Positions 38,066-47,522 of a stretch of DNA of 64,000 nucleotides are shown here, in pieces; position 1 is the stretch's first letter, and the number at the start of each line of letters is the position of its first letter. The translations under genes and the position numbers were made by a program. The notes beneath the pieces are model-generated. The model had not been told where the DNA came from, made no database searches, and was given only the letters and a program-made list of their open reading frames with translations. Origin of the DNA: a virus (taxonomy: Duplodnaviria > Caudoviricetes); the IMG/VR virus record IMGVR_UViG_3300044611_001018; one strand, written 5' to 3'.

Positions 38066-38790
38066 TAATTTACTTCATTATTGTTTTCAGCATTATAGAA
38101 ATTTCCATACTTAAAATCATTAAAAGTATTTGTGGGTAATGGTTCTAAGTGTTGCATACTATCAATTGCAACATCTCCAGCTATACTAATTCGATATTCG
38201 TCACTAGTATGATATGGATAAACAATATGATTGAATTCTCCAGGGAATAAAATCATAGTTCCTTCATAATTCTTACCCAATCTATAGGGTTTTTTTTGAA
38301 TTCTTCCAACAGAATCAAGATAACAAATAGTCATATTTCCAGATTCTGGATATAATTCTGCAAGTTCTTCAGTTTGCTCATCCTGATATTCAAAAGGTAT
38401 CTTCATCCAAATAATAAAGCTCCAAATAGATTGGTGATTATGTATTGGTTGATATTCTCCTGCTCTTGAAATTCTGGTCCAAAAGCGATTAAGGCAAGGA
38501 ATTGGATAATGAGTTGTTTTACAACTCATTGGATATCCCCAACGACTAATATAAGAATTAACTGCTGGAATTAAAACTTCAGACTCAAAAAGTTTAGTTG
38601 TATCATACAAAGCCCATTGTTGATAAGGTCCCCTTTCAACAACGTTATTATCTTTATCAAGTATCCACCCATCATTAACAGTAGACTTTTTGATATAAGA
38701 CCAAAGTAAATCAATATGATATTTGTATAATTGAAACTCAAGTATACCTGGATTAATATGTGGTGTGAATTTATATTCGTAGGTAAGCAA
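38065..38790 (-). CDS. 2OG-Fe(II) oxygenase (cyanophage-type)
   Basis: EYQPIHNH..SFIIW, LFPG...HIVYP..RISIAGD. Confidence 0.7.
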   Translation of the reverse strand: MLTYEYKFTPHINPGILEFQLYKYHIDLLWSYIKKSTVNDGWILDKDNNVVERGPYQQWALYDTTKLFESEVLIPAVNSYISRWGYPMSCKTTHYPIPCLNRFWTRISRAGEYQPIHNHQSIWSFIIWMKIPFEYQDEQTEELAELYPESGNMTICYLDSVGRIQKKPYRLGKNYEGTMILFPGEFNHIVYPYHTSDEYRISIAGDVAIDSMQHLEPLPTNTFNDFKYGNFYNAENNNEVN

Positions 38791-38803
38791 GATAATTCTC
38801 CTA

Positions 38804-38944
38804 TCAAAAAACAGCAGTTACTCCAACAACTTTTGCGCCAGGATTACGAGCGAGAGCAACTTGTCGGGCATCTTGATAATCCTTTGCAATCACTTCTTCC
38901 TTAAATACAGTTCCTGCCTTATACAATGTTACTTGACATTTCAT
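38804..38944 (-). CDS. Small conserved hypothetical protein (46 aa)
   Basis: MKCQVTLYKAGTVFKEEVIAKDYQDARQVALARNPGAKVVGV. Confidence 0.65.
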   Translation of the reverse strand: MKCQVTLYKAGTVFKEEVIAKDYQDARQVALARNPGAKVVGVTAVF

Positions 38945-39764
38945 AATTAAAAAGCAATAGTTCTTTACGTTGTTTTTGCTCACGCATATATTCACCAACA
39001 GAACGCATTGTATAAGTCAAATCAAACTCAGCAGCGTTCCAGTCCTTAAATCGGTCTTTTACAAGTTGATCGGAGTTATAACTGATTAACTGATCCATAT
39101 CGTTAGTATCGCAATCAGCAGCAAACTTATCGTGATCAAATCCTTTGTGCATTGATCCCTTACGCCCATAGAGGTTGTCCTTAATATCGTAAGGAGGATC
39201 GAGATACATAAAAGCACTCTTGTTTCCATCCATCAGATAGTCGTAGGAATAATTAGTTATACGCCAATTTTTAATTAAAGCAGAATACGCAGGCAGTTTT
39301 TCGATCCCGCGCATAGAGAAGTTGGAGTTCGATGCTTGTTCTGAAAATGATGAACTCTCTGTGAGACCACTGAAGCTACACTTATTAACAACATAAAAAG
39401 CCACAGCACGATCAAAACTGGGCATATTTTTGTCATTTACATGCTCCTTTGACTTTAGGAAAAGTTCTTTAGCAAGTTCAGGAGTATTATACGCTAATTT
39501 ACAATCAACTAACTCATTTTTTAAATCATTACCAAACATCTGAAGTTGTTGCCAGAAGTTTACCAATGGTTCATATAAATCATTTACCCAAATATCTAGG
39601 TTAGGATATTTTTTTGTGATATAAATCGCAACACTTCCACCACCAAGGAATGGTTCTCGGAACTCATTATAGTTACGAAGATCTGGAAAGTATGGTCCCA
39701 TCTTCTCACAAGCACGAGACTTACCACCAGGATAACGAAGGGGAGTTTTAAGAGATTTCATCAA
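38919..39764 (-). CDS. dam: DNA adenine methyltransferase (Dam/D12 class)
   Basis: LRYPGGKS, EPFLGGGS, YLDPPY. Confidence 0.92.
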   Translation of the reverse strand: MMKSLKTPLRYPGGKSRACEKMGPYFPDLRNYNEFREPFLGGGSVAIYITKKYPNLDIWVNDLYEPLVNFWQQLQMFGNDLKNELVDCKLAYNTPELAKELFLKSKEHVNDKNMPSFDRAVAFYVVNKCSFSGLTESSSFSEQASNSNFSMRGIEKLPAYSALIKNWRITNYSYDYLMDGNKSAFMYLDPPYDIKDNLYGRKGSMHKGFDHDKFAADCDTNDMDQLISYNSDQLVKDRFKDWNAAEFDLTYTMRSVGEYMREQKQRKELLLFNYEMSSNIV

Positions 39765-40282
39765 AGGATCTCCTGAAGATTTTCAAGAATCTGTGCAGAA
39801 GTAATTTTTTTTTCTGCTGGTTTTACATTTGAAGCAAGAATAGTAAAATCACCAGGAAGAAGTTTAAATTTTGCAACTGGAGATTTGGGAGTGAAGTAAA
39901 CGCGCTTATTAACAGTTTCCCAATCAGTAACTCCAAGTGTCATAGAATCAGTATCTACAAGGAGCATATAATCAAAAGTTTTTTCTACTACTTTTGTTTC
40001 CCCACGAAAATTCTTAAGATCGACAACACCAGTAGATCCATTTTTATTAAACATTTTAAGTTTACCTTTCATCTCATAGTTAACTTCATCAGCGGAGACA
40101 AAATCAACTCCATCTTTAAAATCACCAACATATTCAAGTTGACCATCACTCCACTTTGCAAAAGACTTTTCTTGCAACCAAGTGCGGAGAGTTTTAAATG
40201 CATTAGATTTCATTTGAGTTGTGTTAGTTGCTTTAACGCAACCAAAAAACTCTTCAAGGTTAATACGTTCAATGTTAATCAT
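39761..40282 (-). CDS. Hypothetical protein, possible PD-(D/E)xK nuclease
   Basis: QEK...GVDF.....NYEMK spacing; coupled to dam. Confidence 0.4.
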   Translation of the reverse strand: MINIERINLEEFFGCVKATNTTQMKSNAFKTLRTWLQEKSFAKWSDGQLEYVGDFKDGVDFVSADEVNYEMKGKLKMFNKNGSTGVVDLKNFRGETKVVEKTFDYMLLVDTDSMTLGVTDWETVNKRVYFTPKSPVAKFKLLPGDFTILASNVKPAEKKITSAQILENLQEIL

Positions 40283-40297
40283 AATAAAAAATAAAAA

Positions 40298-40585
40298 TCA
40301 AAGGGATAGTTGTTTGCTAGGTGTGATGATTGGACTAAAAATTTGATTATATTGTTCTACAATTTGATCTTGAGTCTCAGATACATAAACAACATAGTGT
40401 TTATTAATTGTAATCTCTTTCACTTCTTTACTAAGAAGAGGAGACCAAGGTGCAAACCCAAGTTCACCTCTTCCAGAAGGAACCGCAACAATTGGATTTG
40501 ATAAAACAAGAGAATTTTCAGTCTCACTGATTAGATCAGCAATAACGTCTTCTCCAGTATTCAGTCTAATAAGTTTTACATTCAT
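40298..40585 (-). CDS. Sm-like fold hypothetical protein
   Basis: VKLIRLNTGEDVIADL...FAPWSP. Confidence 0.55.
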   Translation of the reverse strand: MNVKLIRLNTGEDVIADLISETENSLVLSNPIVAVPSGRGELGFAPWSPLLSKEVKEITINKHYVVYVSETQDQIVEQYNQIFSPIITPSKQLSL

Positions 40586-40821
40586 TGTGAACATCCTACA
40601 TGAATTTGAATTGATTTAAAGGCATTTGCCATTTCTTTGTATCCTAAACCAATATATACTTGTCCAGTAACAACAGCGATTGCCATAGAACCCCAAAAGA
40701 TATAGTACCACTTGGATTTAACTTGATGTTGTTTTTTGAGTTCATCAAGTTCCTCATGAATATCTTGATGATGAAACCTTAAAGGTTTTTGAATAAGTTC
40801 TTTGAGTTTTTTGTTTTTCAT
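40582..40821 (-). CDS. Small membrane protein
   Basis: Hydrophobic WYYIFWGSMAIAVVTGQVYIGL segment; ATGA overlaps. Confidence 0.55.
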   Translation of the reverse strand: MKNKKLKELIQKPLRFHHQDIHEELDELKKQHQVKSKWYYIFWGSMAIAVVTGQVYIGLGYKEMANAFKSIQIHVGCSQ

Positions 40822-41765
40822 TTAAACTCACACTCCACCATAATTTCAGTAAGAGCAGCAAGAAGATTTATTTCTTGGTCAGCCACGAATGCACATTGGT
40901 ATTGGTACTTAGCAACAATAAGAACGGCAGCAGGAATAGATTGGGGTGAAAGATCATCAAGAGAGGAGTCATAAATCCTACGAAGTAAACTTGAAGCATC
41001 GTTATCCAAGTTCCCGACCACCCACTTTCGGACTTCAGTAAAGTTTTTAGTTTTGAGATTTTTAATAAGTTCATTTACATTAGTATCAGAGAATGATGCC
41101 AGGATTCCTGTATCAATTTTTCCACCAACAGCATAACGTTGGCACTCATTAAGTACTCGCCTCCAATCTGGAAAATGCTTATTAACCAATTCAATCAGTA
41201 CTTTTTGGTCATATTGAATTGACTCTTTTTGAAGGATGTCTTGAAGGCGAGTAAAAAATGCTGCAGCAAGTTTTGGTTTTTCCTTTGACTTAATTCCAAA
41301 TTCGACGACTGCACATCGAGAATGGAGTGGTTCAATGATTTTGTTCTTGTAATTACAGGTAAAGATGAATCTACAGTTGTTAGCAAACTCCTCAATAGAA
41401 GCACGTAGGAGGAGTTGTACGTCGTTTGTTGTGTTATCTGCCTCATCAATGATGATGACTTTGTGTTTAGCAGTTGACGAAAGTGAGACGGTCGAAGCGA
41501 AGTTCTTCGCATTGTTTCGGACAGTATCGAGGAATCTACCTTCGTCGGATCCGTTAATGACATAAACATCTACTCCCAATTCATTACAGAGTGCTTTTGC
41601 CACCGTTGTCTTGCCACATCCAGCAGGACCAGCAAGAAGCAAGTTTGGCACTTCGCCTTTATTTAGAAAGTCTGTAAATGTTTTCTTAATATTCTCAGGG
41701 AGAATACAATCTTCAATTGTTTTGGGGCGATATTTCTCAACCCACAAAAATTCATCACGACTCAT
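40818..41765 (-). CDS. gp44: Clamp loader large subunit
   Basis: WVEKYRP, GPAGCGKT, IIDEAD, SRC, PDWR. Confidence 0.96.
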   Translation of the reverse strand: MSRDEFLWVEKYRPKTIEDCILPENIKKTFTDFLNKGEVPNLLLAGPAGCGKTTVAKALCNELGVDVYVINGSDEGRFLDTVRNNAKNFASTVSLSSTAKHKVIIIDEADNTTNDVQLLLRASIEEFANNCRFIFTCNYKNKIIEPLHSRCAVVEFGIKSKEKPKLAAAFFTRLQDILQKESIQYDQKVLIELVNKHFPDWRRVLNECQRYAVGGKIDTGILASFSDTNVNELIKNLKTKNFTEVRKWVVGNLDNDASSLLRRIYDSSLDDLSPQSIPAAVLIVAKYQYQCAFVADQEINLLAALTEIMVECEFK

Positions 41766-41771
41766 AATTTT

Positions 41772-42284
41772 TTATACCCAATCAGGTTTTCGTTCTGGCA
41801 TACGAAGATAATTAGATGCAACCCAAGATTTGGATGCGATATACATCTTGTAAGCAGTAAAAGTGTCAATGCTTGTGTCAAGTTTATACTCATCAGGCAT
41901 CGCTCTCGCAAACGGTGTTACTTCAGTAATCTTTCCTTTAGGAAAAAGATAATAAGCATCCACAAGTGTTTTATAACAAGAGTGAATCTTATTATAGCGA
42001 AGGGCGTACTCATCTGACAAGTTAAGTCCCCACTTAATTAACCAGTAGGCATTGTGGATTGATTCCATTGCCCACTTTGTACATGGATGATTACGGAATG
42101 CTCCCTTCTCTGTCTTGTATGGCGTTCCATCAGACTTTGGAAGAGTTCCGTATCCATGTCCCCATTTGTCAGATGCCACGATAGAGAGCATCTGACAGCA
42201 CTCTAATGGCATTTTGACAACGTGTTTATCAGGGAGACAGACAGCACTTTCAGCAGGCCAAGGAGAGGTTACAAAAATGTTCAT
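41772..42284 (-). CDS. Pyrimidine-dimer glycosylase (DenV/Pyr_excise-like) family protein
   Basis: MNIF....P..SA..L.DKHVVKMPLE..QML..HPCT.W pattern. Confidence 0.6.
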   Translation of the reverse strand: MNIFVTSPWPAESAVCLPDKHVVKMPLECCQMLSIVASDKWGHGYGTLPKSDGTPYKTEKGAFRNHPCTKWAMESIHNAYWLIKWGLNLSDEYALRYNKIHSCYKTLVDAYYLFPKGKITEVTPFARAMPDEYKLDTSIDTFTAYKMYIASKSWVASNYLRMPERKPDWV

Positions 42285-42973
42285 CCAAATGTTGAATCAG
42301 GTTCCAGAGCAATATAATACTTCAGGTCATAATCCTTACTGTCAAAACGTGACAAAAGTTTACTTGAGATGCTGACCTGATATGTTCCAGGAATAATCTT
42401 AATATTTTCTACTTTAAAATTAAAGCAGAAGTTAAGTTCAGTCTCACCCACAATAACTTGGAAGTCATTAGAGGTATCATTCTTTTTATCGCGGACCACA
42501 ATCTTAACAACACCTGCTTCACCGATAACAGACAAATCAGGAAGTTGGAAGATATTAGCAGCTTTAATAAGACGAGTCAGTTGATCGGAAGTAATGCTAA
42601 ACGATACGTCTTCAGAAGGAAGAATAAGTTCTTTTTCTGGAGGAGTAATAATTACGTTTGGATCAGCAAAAAAGTAATTTGAACGAGTTTTACCCTCACG
42701 AATTACAACATAACTATCATGAGTAAAGTCAAGTGCAGGATCTTTATGTAGATCCAATCCATTCAAAAATTGATTGAGATCGTAAATTCCAAAGTCTTTA
42801 GGGATCTCTTCGGTGATGTCTGCTTCTGCAAGAATGTTCTTCATAACACTAATGGTGCGAAGCTTACTACCTTGTTTAAAAAGAATAGATTGATTAATGT
42901 TAGAAAAGTTCTTTAGAAGATTCAGAGTTTTATCAGAAAGTTTCATAGTTTGGGAGTTCAAATTCATAATCAT
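42281..42973 (-). CDS. gp45: DNA polymerase sliding clamp
   Basis: MKLSDKTLNLLKNFSNINQSI..FGIYDL.QFL..YYIALE. Confidence 0.93.
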   Translation of the reverse strand: MIMNLNSQTMKLSDKTLNLLKNFSNINQSILFKQGSKLRTISVMKNILAEADITEEIPKDFGIYDLNQFLNGLDLHKDPALDFTHDSYVVIREGKTRSNYFFADPNVIITPPEKELILPSEDVSFSITSDQLTRLIKAANIFQLPDLSVIGEAGVVKIVVRDKKNDTSNDFQVIVGETELNFCFNFKVENIKIIPGTYQVSISSKLLSRFDSKDYDLKYYIALEPDSTFG

Positions 42974-43515
42974 CGAAATTCGGAAAGACCATTGTCTTTG
43001 CGAGAATAATGCCCATCAAAGTGAAGGAGTAGCATGGCATAGTGAATGACTTTCATCAGGTCACGTTTGTTGCGACCATCTTTGTCACCATAACGACTGC
43101 CATATTTAAGAATATTTGCTTGACAAAAACCAGGAGCAAGATCCTTAGCTGCCATCAAATCAATAGTTTGAATGTCTTTGTGATCTTGATTGTGCCCACA
43201 GTAATGACTACCATAAGTGCTAGTCACATAATCCTCAATATCTTTGAGGATTTTATCTTCATTGTATTTCCAAAGATGATTTTTAGTTTCACTCATATTA
43301 AGATTAAAAGTGTAAGGTGAATTCAAAGTAAGGTGGTCATCACCCATACCACCAGGGAGTCTAGATCCAAGAACAATCATGTCTGGTGAAGGATTGGGAT
43401 TACCTGTTAAACTAATTCCATCTTCAACCCAAAAATCTTGATTTGATAAGTTAGACATTAAATTAAAATCGTTTTCTGAATAAGGATGTTCGTCCATAAT
43501 AAAGGGGAGGGTCAT
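42970..43515 (-). CDS. Conserved T4-like hypothetical protein (DUF3310-like C-terminal part)
   Basis: KYNED..L..I.DYV.STY..HY; FCQANILKY.SRYG.KDG..DL.K..HY. Confidence 0.55.
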   Translation of the reverse strand: MTLPFIMDEHPYSENDFNLMSNLSNQDFWVEDGISLTGNPNPSPDMIVLGSRLPGGMGDDHLTLNSPYTFNLNMSETKNHLWKYNEDKILKDIEDYVTSTYGSHYCGHNQDHKDIQTIDLMAAKDLAPGFCQANILKYGSRYGDKDGRNKRDLMKVIHYAMLLLHFDGHYSRKDNGLSEFR

Positions 43516-43536
43516 AATTTACCTCCCCCAATTATA

Positions 43537-44670
43537 TCAGAATGGGGTGGGTTGGTCAATGTATTCTGCAGTCAGTTCAGGACCAGTAGAAGGCATTTGG
43601 AAGTCAGCATCCACTTTATCATACAGTTCCAGGAAGGACTGTTTGGTTTCGTCATCAAAACGATTCACACACACTTGGATTGCCTTTGCCTTGTCTTGGA
43701 AGATGCTATAAGCACGAATGATATGGACAAGACGGCGGGTGCTAATGATTTCATCAATACCACCATCGTAGAAGGTCTTGCGAATGATGTCTGCCCAGTC
43801 AACCAGGCGCTTACAGAAGTCGCGGTCTTCCACGCCAAGGTCCAGAGCAATGCCTTCCAGAATCTTCTGTTCAGTAGCAGGAGCAGGATAGGACTGCTCA
43901 AAGGTCACAGGGAAACGCTCAAGGAATGCTTCGTTGAGAACGTTAGTGCCGATGAAGCGACCATCATCACTACCCTTACCTTTGGTGTTAGCGGTAGCAA
44001 CAACGTTGAAACCCGCAGCGGGTTTGACATACTTACCAATTTTCTTAAGGAAGACACCCTTGCCTTCCAGAACAGACTGAAGGCAGAGGATTTTATTGGA
44101 GGCAAGGTCAATCTCATCCAGAAGCAGAATTGCACCACGTTCCAGAGCTTCCACAACAGGACCATTGTGCCAAACGGTCTCACCATTCACCAGACGGAAA
44201 CCACCAATCAAATCATCCTCATCAGTCTCAATCGTGATGTTGACACGAATCATCTCACGCTTTAGTTGAGCACAAGCTTGTTCCACACTGAACGTTTTAC
44301 CATTACCCGAAAGACCCGTAATGAACGTTGGATAAAACAAACAGGACTGAATAATACGTTTAACATCTTTAAAATTACCAAACTGGACGAAGGTATCATC
44401 TTTGTCAGGAATAAGATTTTGTTCGATGGAAGGAAGAGCAGAGGGAGACTGGAATGTACGTTCAATTTCATTGACTCGCTCTTGGGTTACCTCAAGATTC
44501 CAACGCCCACGAGAAGTTTTAAATTGCTCAAGGCGACGAGTCACTGTCTGATAATTCAGACCATGAGAAGCACAGAAACCCCTAAGATCGCCAGAAGTAA
44601 TTTCAGAACCATAAAGTTCTTTGATGCTATCAAAAAGGGCTTCGTCGTTCACAGAAGATTTGCGAGACAT
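43537..44670 (-). CDS. cobS: MoxR/CobS-like AAA+ ATPase
   Basis: GLSGNGKT, LLDEID, ATANTKG, NEAFLERF, ISTR. Confidence 0.85.
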   Translation of the reverse strand: MSRKSSVNDEALFDSIKELYGSEITSGDLRGFCASHGLNYQTVTRRLEQFKTSRGRWNLEVTQERVNEIERTFQSPSALPSIEQNLIPDKDDTFVQFGNFKDVKRIIQSCLFYPTFITGLSGNGKTFSVEQACAQLKREMIRVNITIETDEDDLIGGFRLVNGETVWHNGPVVEALERGAILLLDEIDLASNKILCLQSVLEGKGVFLKKIGKYVKPAAGFNVVATANTKGKGSDDGRFIGTNVLNEAFLERFPVTFEQSYPAPATEQKILEGIALDLGVEDRDFCKRLVDWADIIRKTFYDGGIDEIISTRRLVHIIRAYSIFQDKAKAIQVCVNRFDDETKQSFLELYDKVDADFQMPSTGPELTAEYIDQPTPF

Positions 44671-44702
44671 GATGTAGTTGGGTGGTTTGTTTCAACATAG
44701 TA

Positions 44703-44747
44703 ATTGTACACTGACTTTGAGGAAGATGGAGTTACCAGTGGACGGTT
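44703..44747 (-). promoter_or_regulatory. Early-type promoter AACCGTCCAC-N29-TACAAT
   Basis: Same upstream box and spacing as the promoter at 47088-47132. Confidence 0.5.
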
Positions 44748-44912
44748 CTAAGATTGTCCCATCTGCTCAAAGAATTTTTTAGATATTATTTTAGCGGTAT
44801 ATCCTGGGTAATACTTTTTTACCCAGGACTCCACTCCCATTGCTGTGATTACACTATCACATAAAATGAATACTTCTTTAGTTTCTTCTTTAACTATGTG
44901 TTGCAAATTCAT
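44748..44912 (-). CDS. Small hypothetical protein (54 aa)
   Basis: Manual translation MNLQHIVKEETKEVFILCDSVITAMGVESWVKKYYPGY...; ATGA overlap. Confidence 0.5.
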   Translation of the reverse strand: MNLQHIVKEETKEVFILCDSVITAMGVESWVKKYYPGYTAKIISKKFFEQMGQS

Positions 44913-47065
44913 TTTGCTACCAACTCAATAAATTCATTAAGGATTTTTTTATTCATTTTTTTACCCCTAAGACTTTTAACAAAAGCGGATTTAATTTGTG
45001 ATTTAGTAGCACATTCCGCAATGTCAAACTCACTATCTTGGGCAAGAGCAGTTGCAGACAATCCAAAATAAGTATTGTAGGAAGATTTTTTAATAGAAAT
45101 TGTTTTTTCTTTTTTCCAAACGCTCATCATTTTATCCAATTCTTCTCCATACCAACCATAATAGCGACGAATAAAATTACCAGCATCCCTAGGTTCAAGG
45201 ACACGAATTCCAATAAAGTTGATGTTTGAGAATTTGTCCCTAAGATTTTGAAGAAGAATTTCAGTAATCGTATGATGATTACCATCGAACGCATATGTAT
45301 TCCCAGTTTTACGATCTCTTAGGTAAGCATTTGCTCCAATATGGGATGTTCCCAAATATGGTTCAGATTCCCAATGACGCTTAACTTCGCGGTGATAGGT
45401 AACATTACAAGCTTCACCATCAGTAAGAATAACACATTGAACTTTTTGGAGTTTATTATCTTTTTGAAATTTTGGAAGAATTTGATGCAAAGCGATTAGA
45501 GATTCATTTAATGGCGTTCCCGAAAGACTAAGACCAGAAGGAACACTATATTGACAATAAAAATGGCGATCAAATGAATGAGCAATTCGGAAAATATTTT
45601 TCATTTGTTCTTCCAGAATTTTTGAATTTGTTTTACTAGTCAACATATTCATCAAAGAAAACCATTCTACAACTTGAATGAGTCCATCTCTTTTTTTATA
45701 AGATAGCATACGAAGATCTGCCTTTCCATCTGAACTATATTTGACCAAAGGATAATCGGTAGTGAATGCGTATACTTCAAAAGGAATTGAGACTTTTTTA
45801 CAGAACCAAATCAGATTAAACAACTGTTTAATAGTATCGACAATTACATCAGACATTGATCCAGACCAGTCTAAAATAAACACCAATCCATGATTTTTTC
45901 CTTCAGCAAGAGTAGTTACTTTTTTAAAAAGATCTTCATTATGCTTATAGGTATGAAGTTTAGAACAGTCCAAAACACCAGTACGAGCAACTGTCGATCG
46001 AGAATAAGAGTCAGCTGCTTTACGACATTCAAACTCTTTAACAAGATATGTAACTTCTTTTTGTGCTGATTTTTTAAATTCTTGATATCGCTTGTCCACT
46101 TCACCAAAAATATGTTCTTTAGAGAAGTTGTGATTTTCAAGAAACTCATTCCAACTCTCACTACATTTAGAATGAATTTCGGAATTTGGAACAATAATTT
46201 TACCAAGATCTAGTTCGGGCAATTCTAGATAAACGTTTTCAAAACAAGAGTTATCTACAAGATCCTTAAGAGCTTCCTCAAGAGAATCCATAGTCTTAAC
46301 TTCTGGTTCTTCAATATTCTCCGCACCAATAGGGGATTTGATAGTTTGTTCTCTTTGTTGAGACTTTTCTTGAGAATTAGCACCTCCAGAACCATCAGAC
46401 TCTGGTTGGTCATTCTCACCTTCCTGCTGGTCAGTAAAGTCGGAAGCAGGTTGATTGTTAGCACCACTCTGCTGGGACTCAAGATTATCCAAAGAAATCT
46501 TGGTTTCTTCCTGTTGCTTGTGTTTACAATACTTATAGAGTTCCTCTGCTGCCACGAGCACATCAGCAAAGGTTTCAGTGTCGGCAATCAGATTGATAAT
46601 TTCAGTCTCTTCACCACGCTCAATGGGAATATCTGTGTAGTTACCAATCTTGAAATAAAGATTTGCGCGATCGGCAAGATTATAAGTTTCCAGTTTATCA
46701 TCACCAATCTGGAAGAAATCATCATCGGCAAGTTCCTTGTAACCGTTATAGAAGGTCTTGGCGAGACCAGCATAACGACGCTTCATCAGTTTCTCAATAC
46801 GAGCATCCTCTACTACATTCACAAACTGTGGGGGAATCTTATGCTCCTTCAACCAGTCTTCATCAGGTGTATAGAGAGCGTGACCAACTTCGTGACCCAC
46901 CAGAAGGTCATACACGGTGTTGCTTGCCTTCTCCCACATCGGCAGAGTCAGGACACGAGTATGAACATTAAAGCAAGCAGTCTCCACCTTCTTGTGCTCA
47001 ACCACAAGGTCTTCGGTAGCAAGCAGCTTGGCGAGTTGGGACTTGATTTCGTGGCGAACAGACAT
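44909..47065 (-). CDS. Metallopeptidase-like plus vWA domain protein (CobT-like partner of the AAA ATPase)
   Basis: HEVGH, NVVEDARIE, acidic linker, MIDAS DWSGS, SGTPL, ILTDGE. Confidence 0.8.
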   Translation of the reverse strand: MSVRHEIKSQLAKLLATEDLVVEHKKVETACFNVHTRVLTLPMWEKASNTVYDLLVGHEVGHALYTPDEDWLKEHKIPPQFVNVVEDARIEKLMKRRYAGLAKTFYNGYKELADDDFFQIGDDKLETYNLADRANLYFKIGNYTDIPIERGEETEIINLIADTETFADVLVAAEELYKYCKHKQQEETKISLDNLESQQSGANNQPASDFTDQQEGENDQPESDGSGGANSQEKSQQREQTIKSPIGAENIEEPEVKTMDSLEEALKDLVDNSCFENVYLELPELDLGKIIVPNSEIHSKCSESWNEFLENHNFSKEHIFGEVDKRYQEFKKSAQKEVTYLVKEFECRKAADSYSRSTVARTGVLDCSKLHTYKHNEDLFKKVTTLAEGKNHGLVFILDWSGSMSDVIVDTIKQLFNLIWFCKKVSIPFEVYAFTTDYPLVKYSSDGKADLRMLSYKKRDGLIQVVEWFSLMNMLTSKTNSKILEEQMKNIFRIAHSFDRHFYCQYSVPSGLSLSGTPLNESLIALHQILPKFQKDNKLQKVQCVILTDGEACNVTYHREVKRHWESEPYLGTSHIGANAYLRDRKTGNTYAFDGNHHTITEILLQNLRDKFSNINFIGIRVLEPRDAGNFIRRYYGWYGEELDKMMSVWKKEKTISIKKSSYNTYFGLSATALAQDSEFDIAECATKSQIKSAFVKSLRGKKMNKKILNEFIELVAK

Positions 47066-47087
47066 TAGATTCGTTTGAACTCAATCA

Positions 47088-47132
47088 AGTATACAAAAAA
47101 ATCCCTCTGGCAAAAGAGGGTGGTGGACAGTT
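47088..47132 (-). promoter_or_regulatory. Early-type promoter AACTGTCCAC-N29-TATACT enclosing a terminator hairpin
   Basis: Box at 47123-47132, ccctc/gaggg hairpin at 47103-47120, -10 at 47088-47093. Confidence 0.5.
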
Positions 47133-47142
47133 CAAAAATTGG

Positions 47143-47367
47143 TCAACTGTCTTGGAATTTTTTATTAACTTCTTCCATAAATTGTTCAAATGTTCTTTGG
47201 CGCGGATTATAATTTGGGGTTACATCAGATCTAATTGGTCTTCCCCCAACGTTTGGTCCTAAATTTTGCCTTCTCTTCTTTTCAAACTCATGTTGCTTTG
47301 CTGGAGATCTTTTCTTTTTAGGAATTGGTAATCCAGTAATACCAATTTCAGTTTCGTCTTTTGCCAT
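47143..47367 (-). CDS. Small basic hypothetical protein
   Basis: ATAAATA at 47381-47387; K/R-rich. Confidence 0.6.
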   Translation of the reverse strand: MAKDETEIGITGLPIPKKKRSPAKQHEFEKKRRQNLGPNVGGRPIRSDVTPNYNPRQRTFEQFMEEVNKKFQDS

Positions 47368-47375
47368 AATTTTTT

Positions 47376-47522
47376 TTAAATATTTATGAAAAAAGAAGAA
47401 GCGTCTCGATTGAGACGCTTTTTAAGTGCTTGACGACGTGCCTTTGCTTGTCGGAGTGCTTGCGGTTTTAGTTTCCGCTTCTGCTCCTTTTTAGAGTGGT
47501 GTTGCCAATTGGGGGTGTTCAT
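47376..47522 (-). CDS. Small highly basic protein (48 aa)
   Basis: MNTPNWQHHSKKEQKRKLKPQALRQAKARRQALKKRL... Confidence 0.55.
   Translation of the reverse strand: MNTPNWQHHSKKEQKRKLKPQALRQAKARRQALKKRLNRDASSFFINI

Noticed and set aside
43486-44265. 259-aa plus-strand ORF
   Set aside because: Antisense shadow of the AAA ATPase; no motifs, RBS or promoter
43537-44670. cobS as a cobalamin-synthesis gene supplying the B12 radical SAM enzymes
   Set aside because: It is a generic MoxR-type AAA+ protein; there is no cobN or other cob gene here, so the link is unsupported
46346-47068. 240-aa plus-strand ORF
   Set aside because: Antisense shadow of the vWA/peptidase gene
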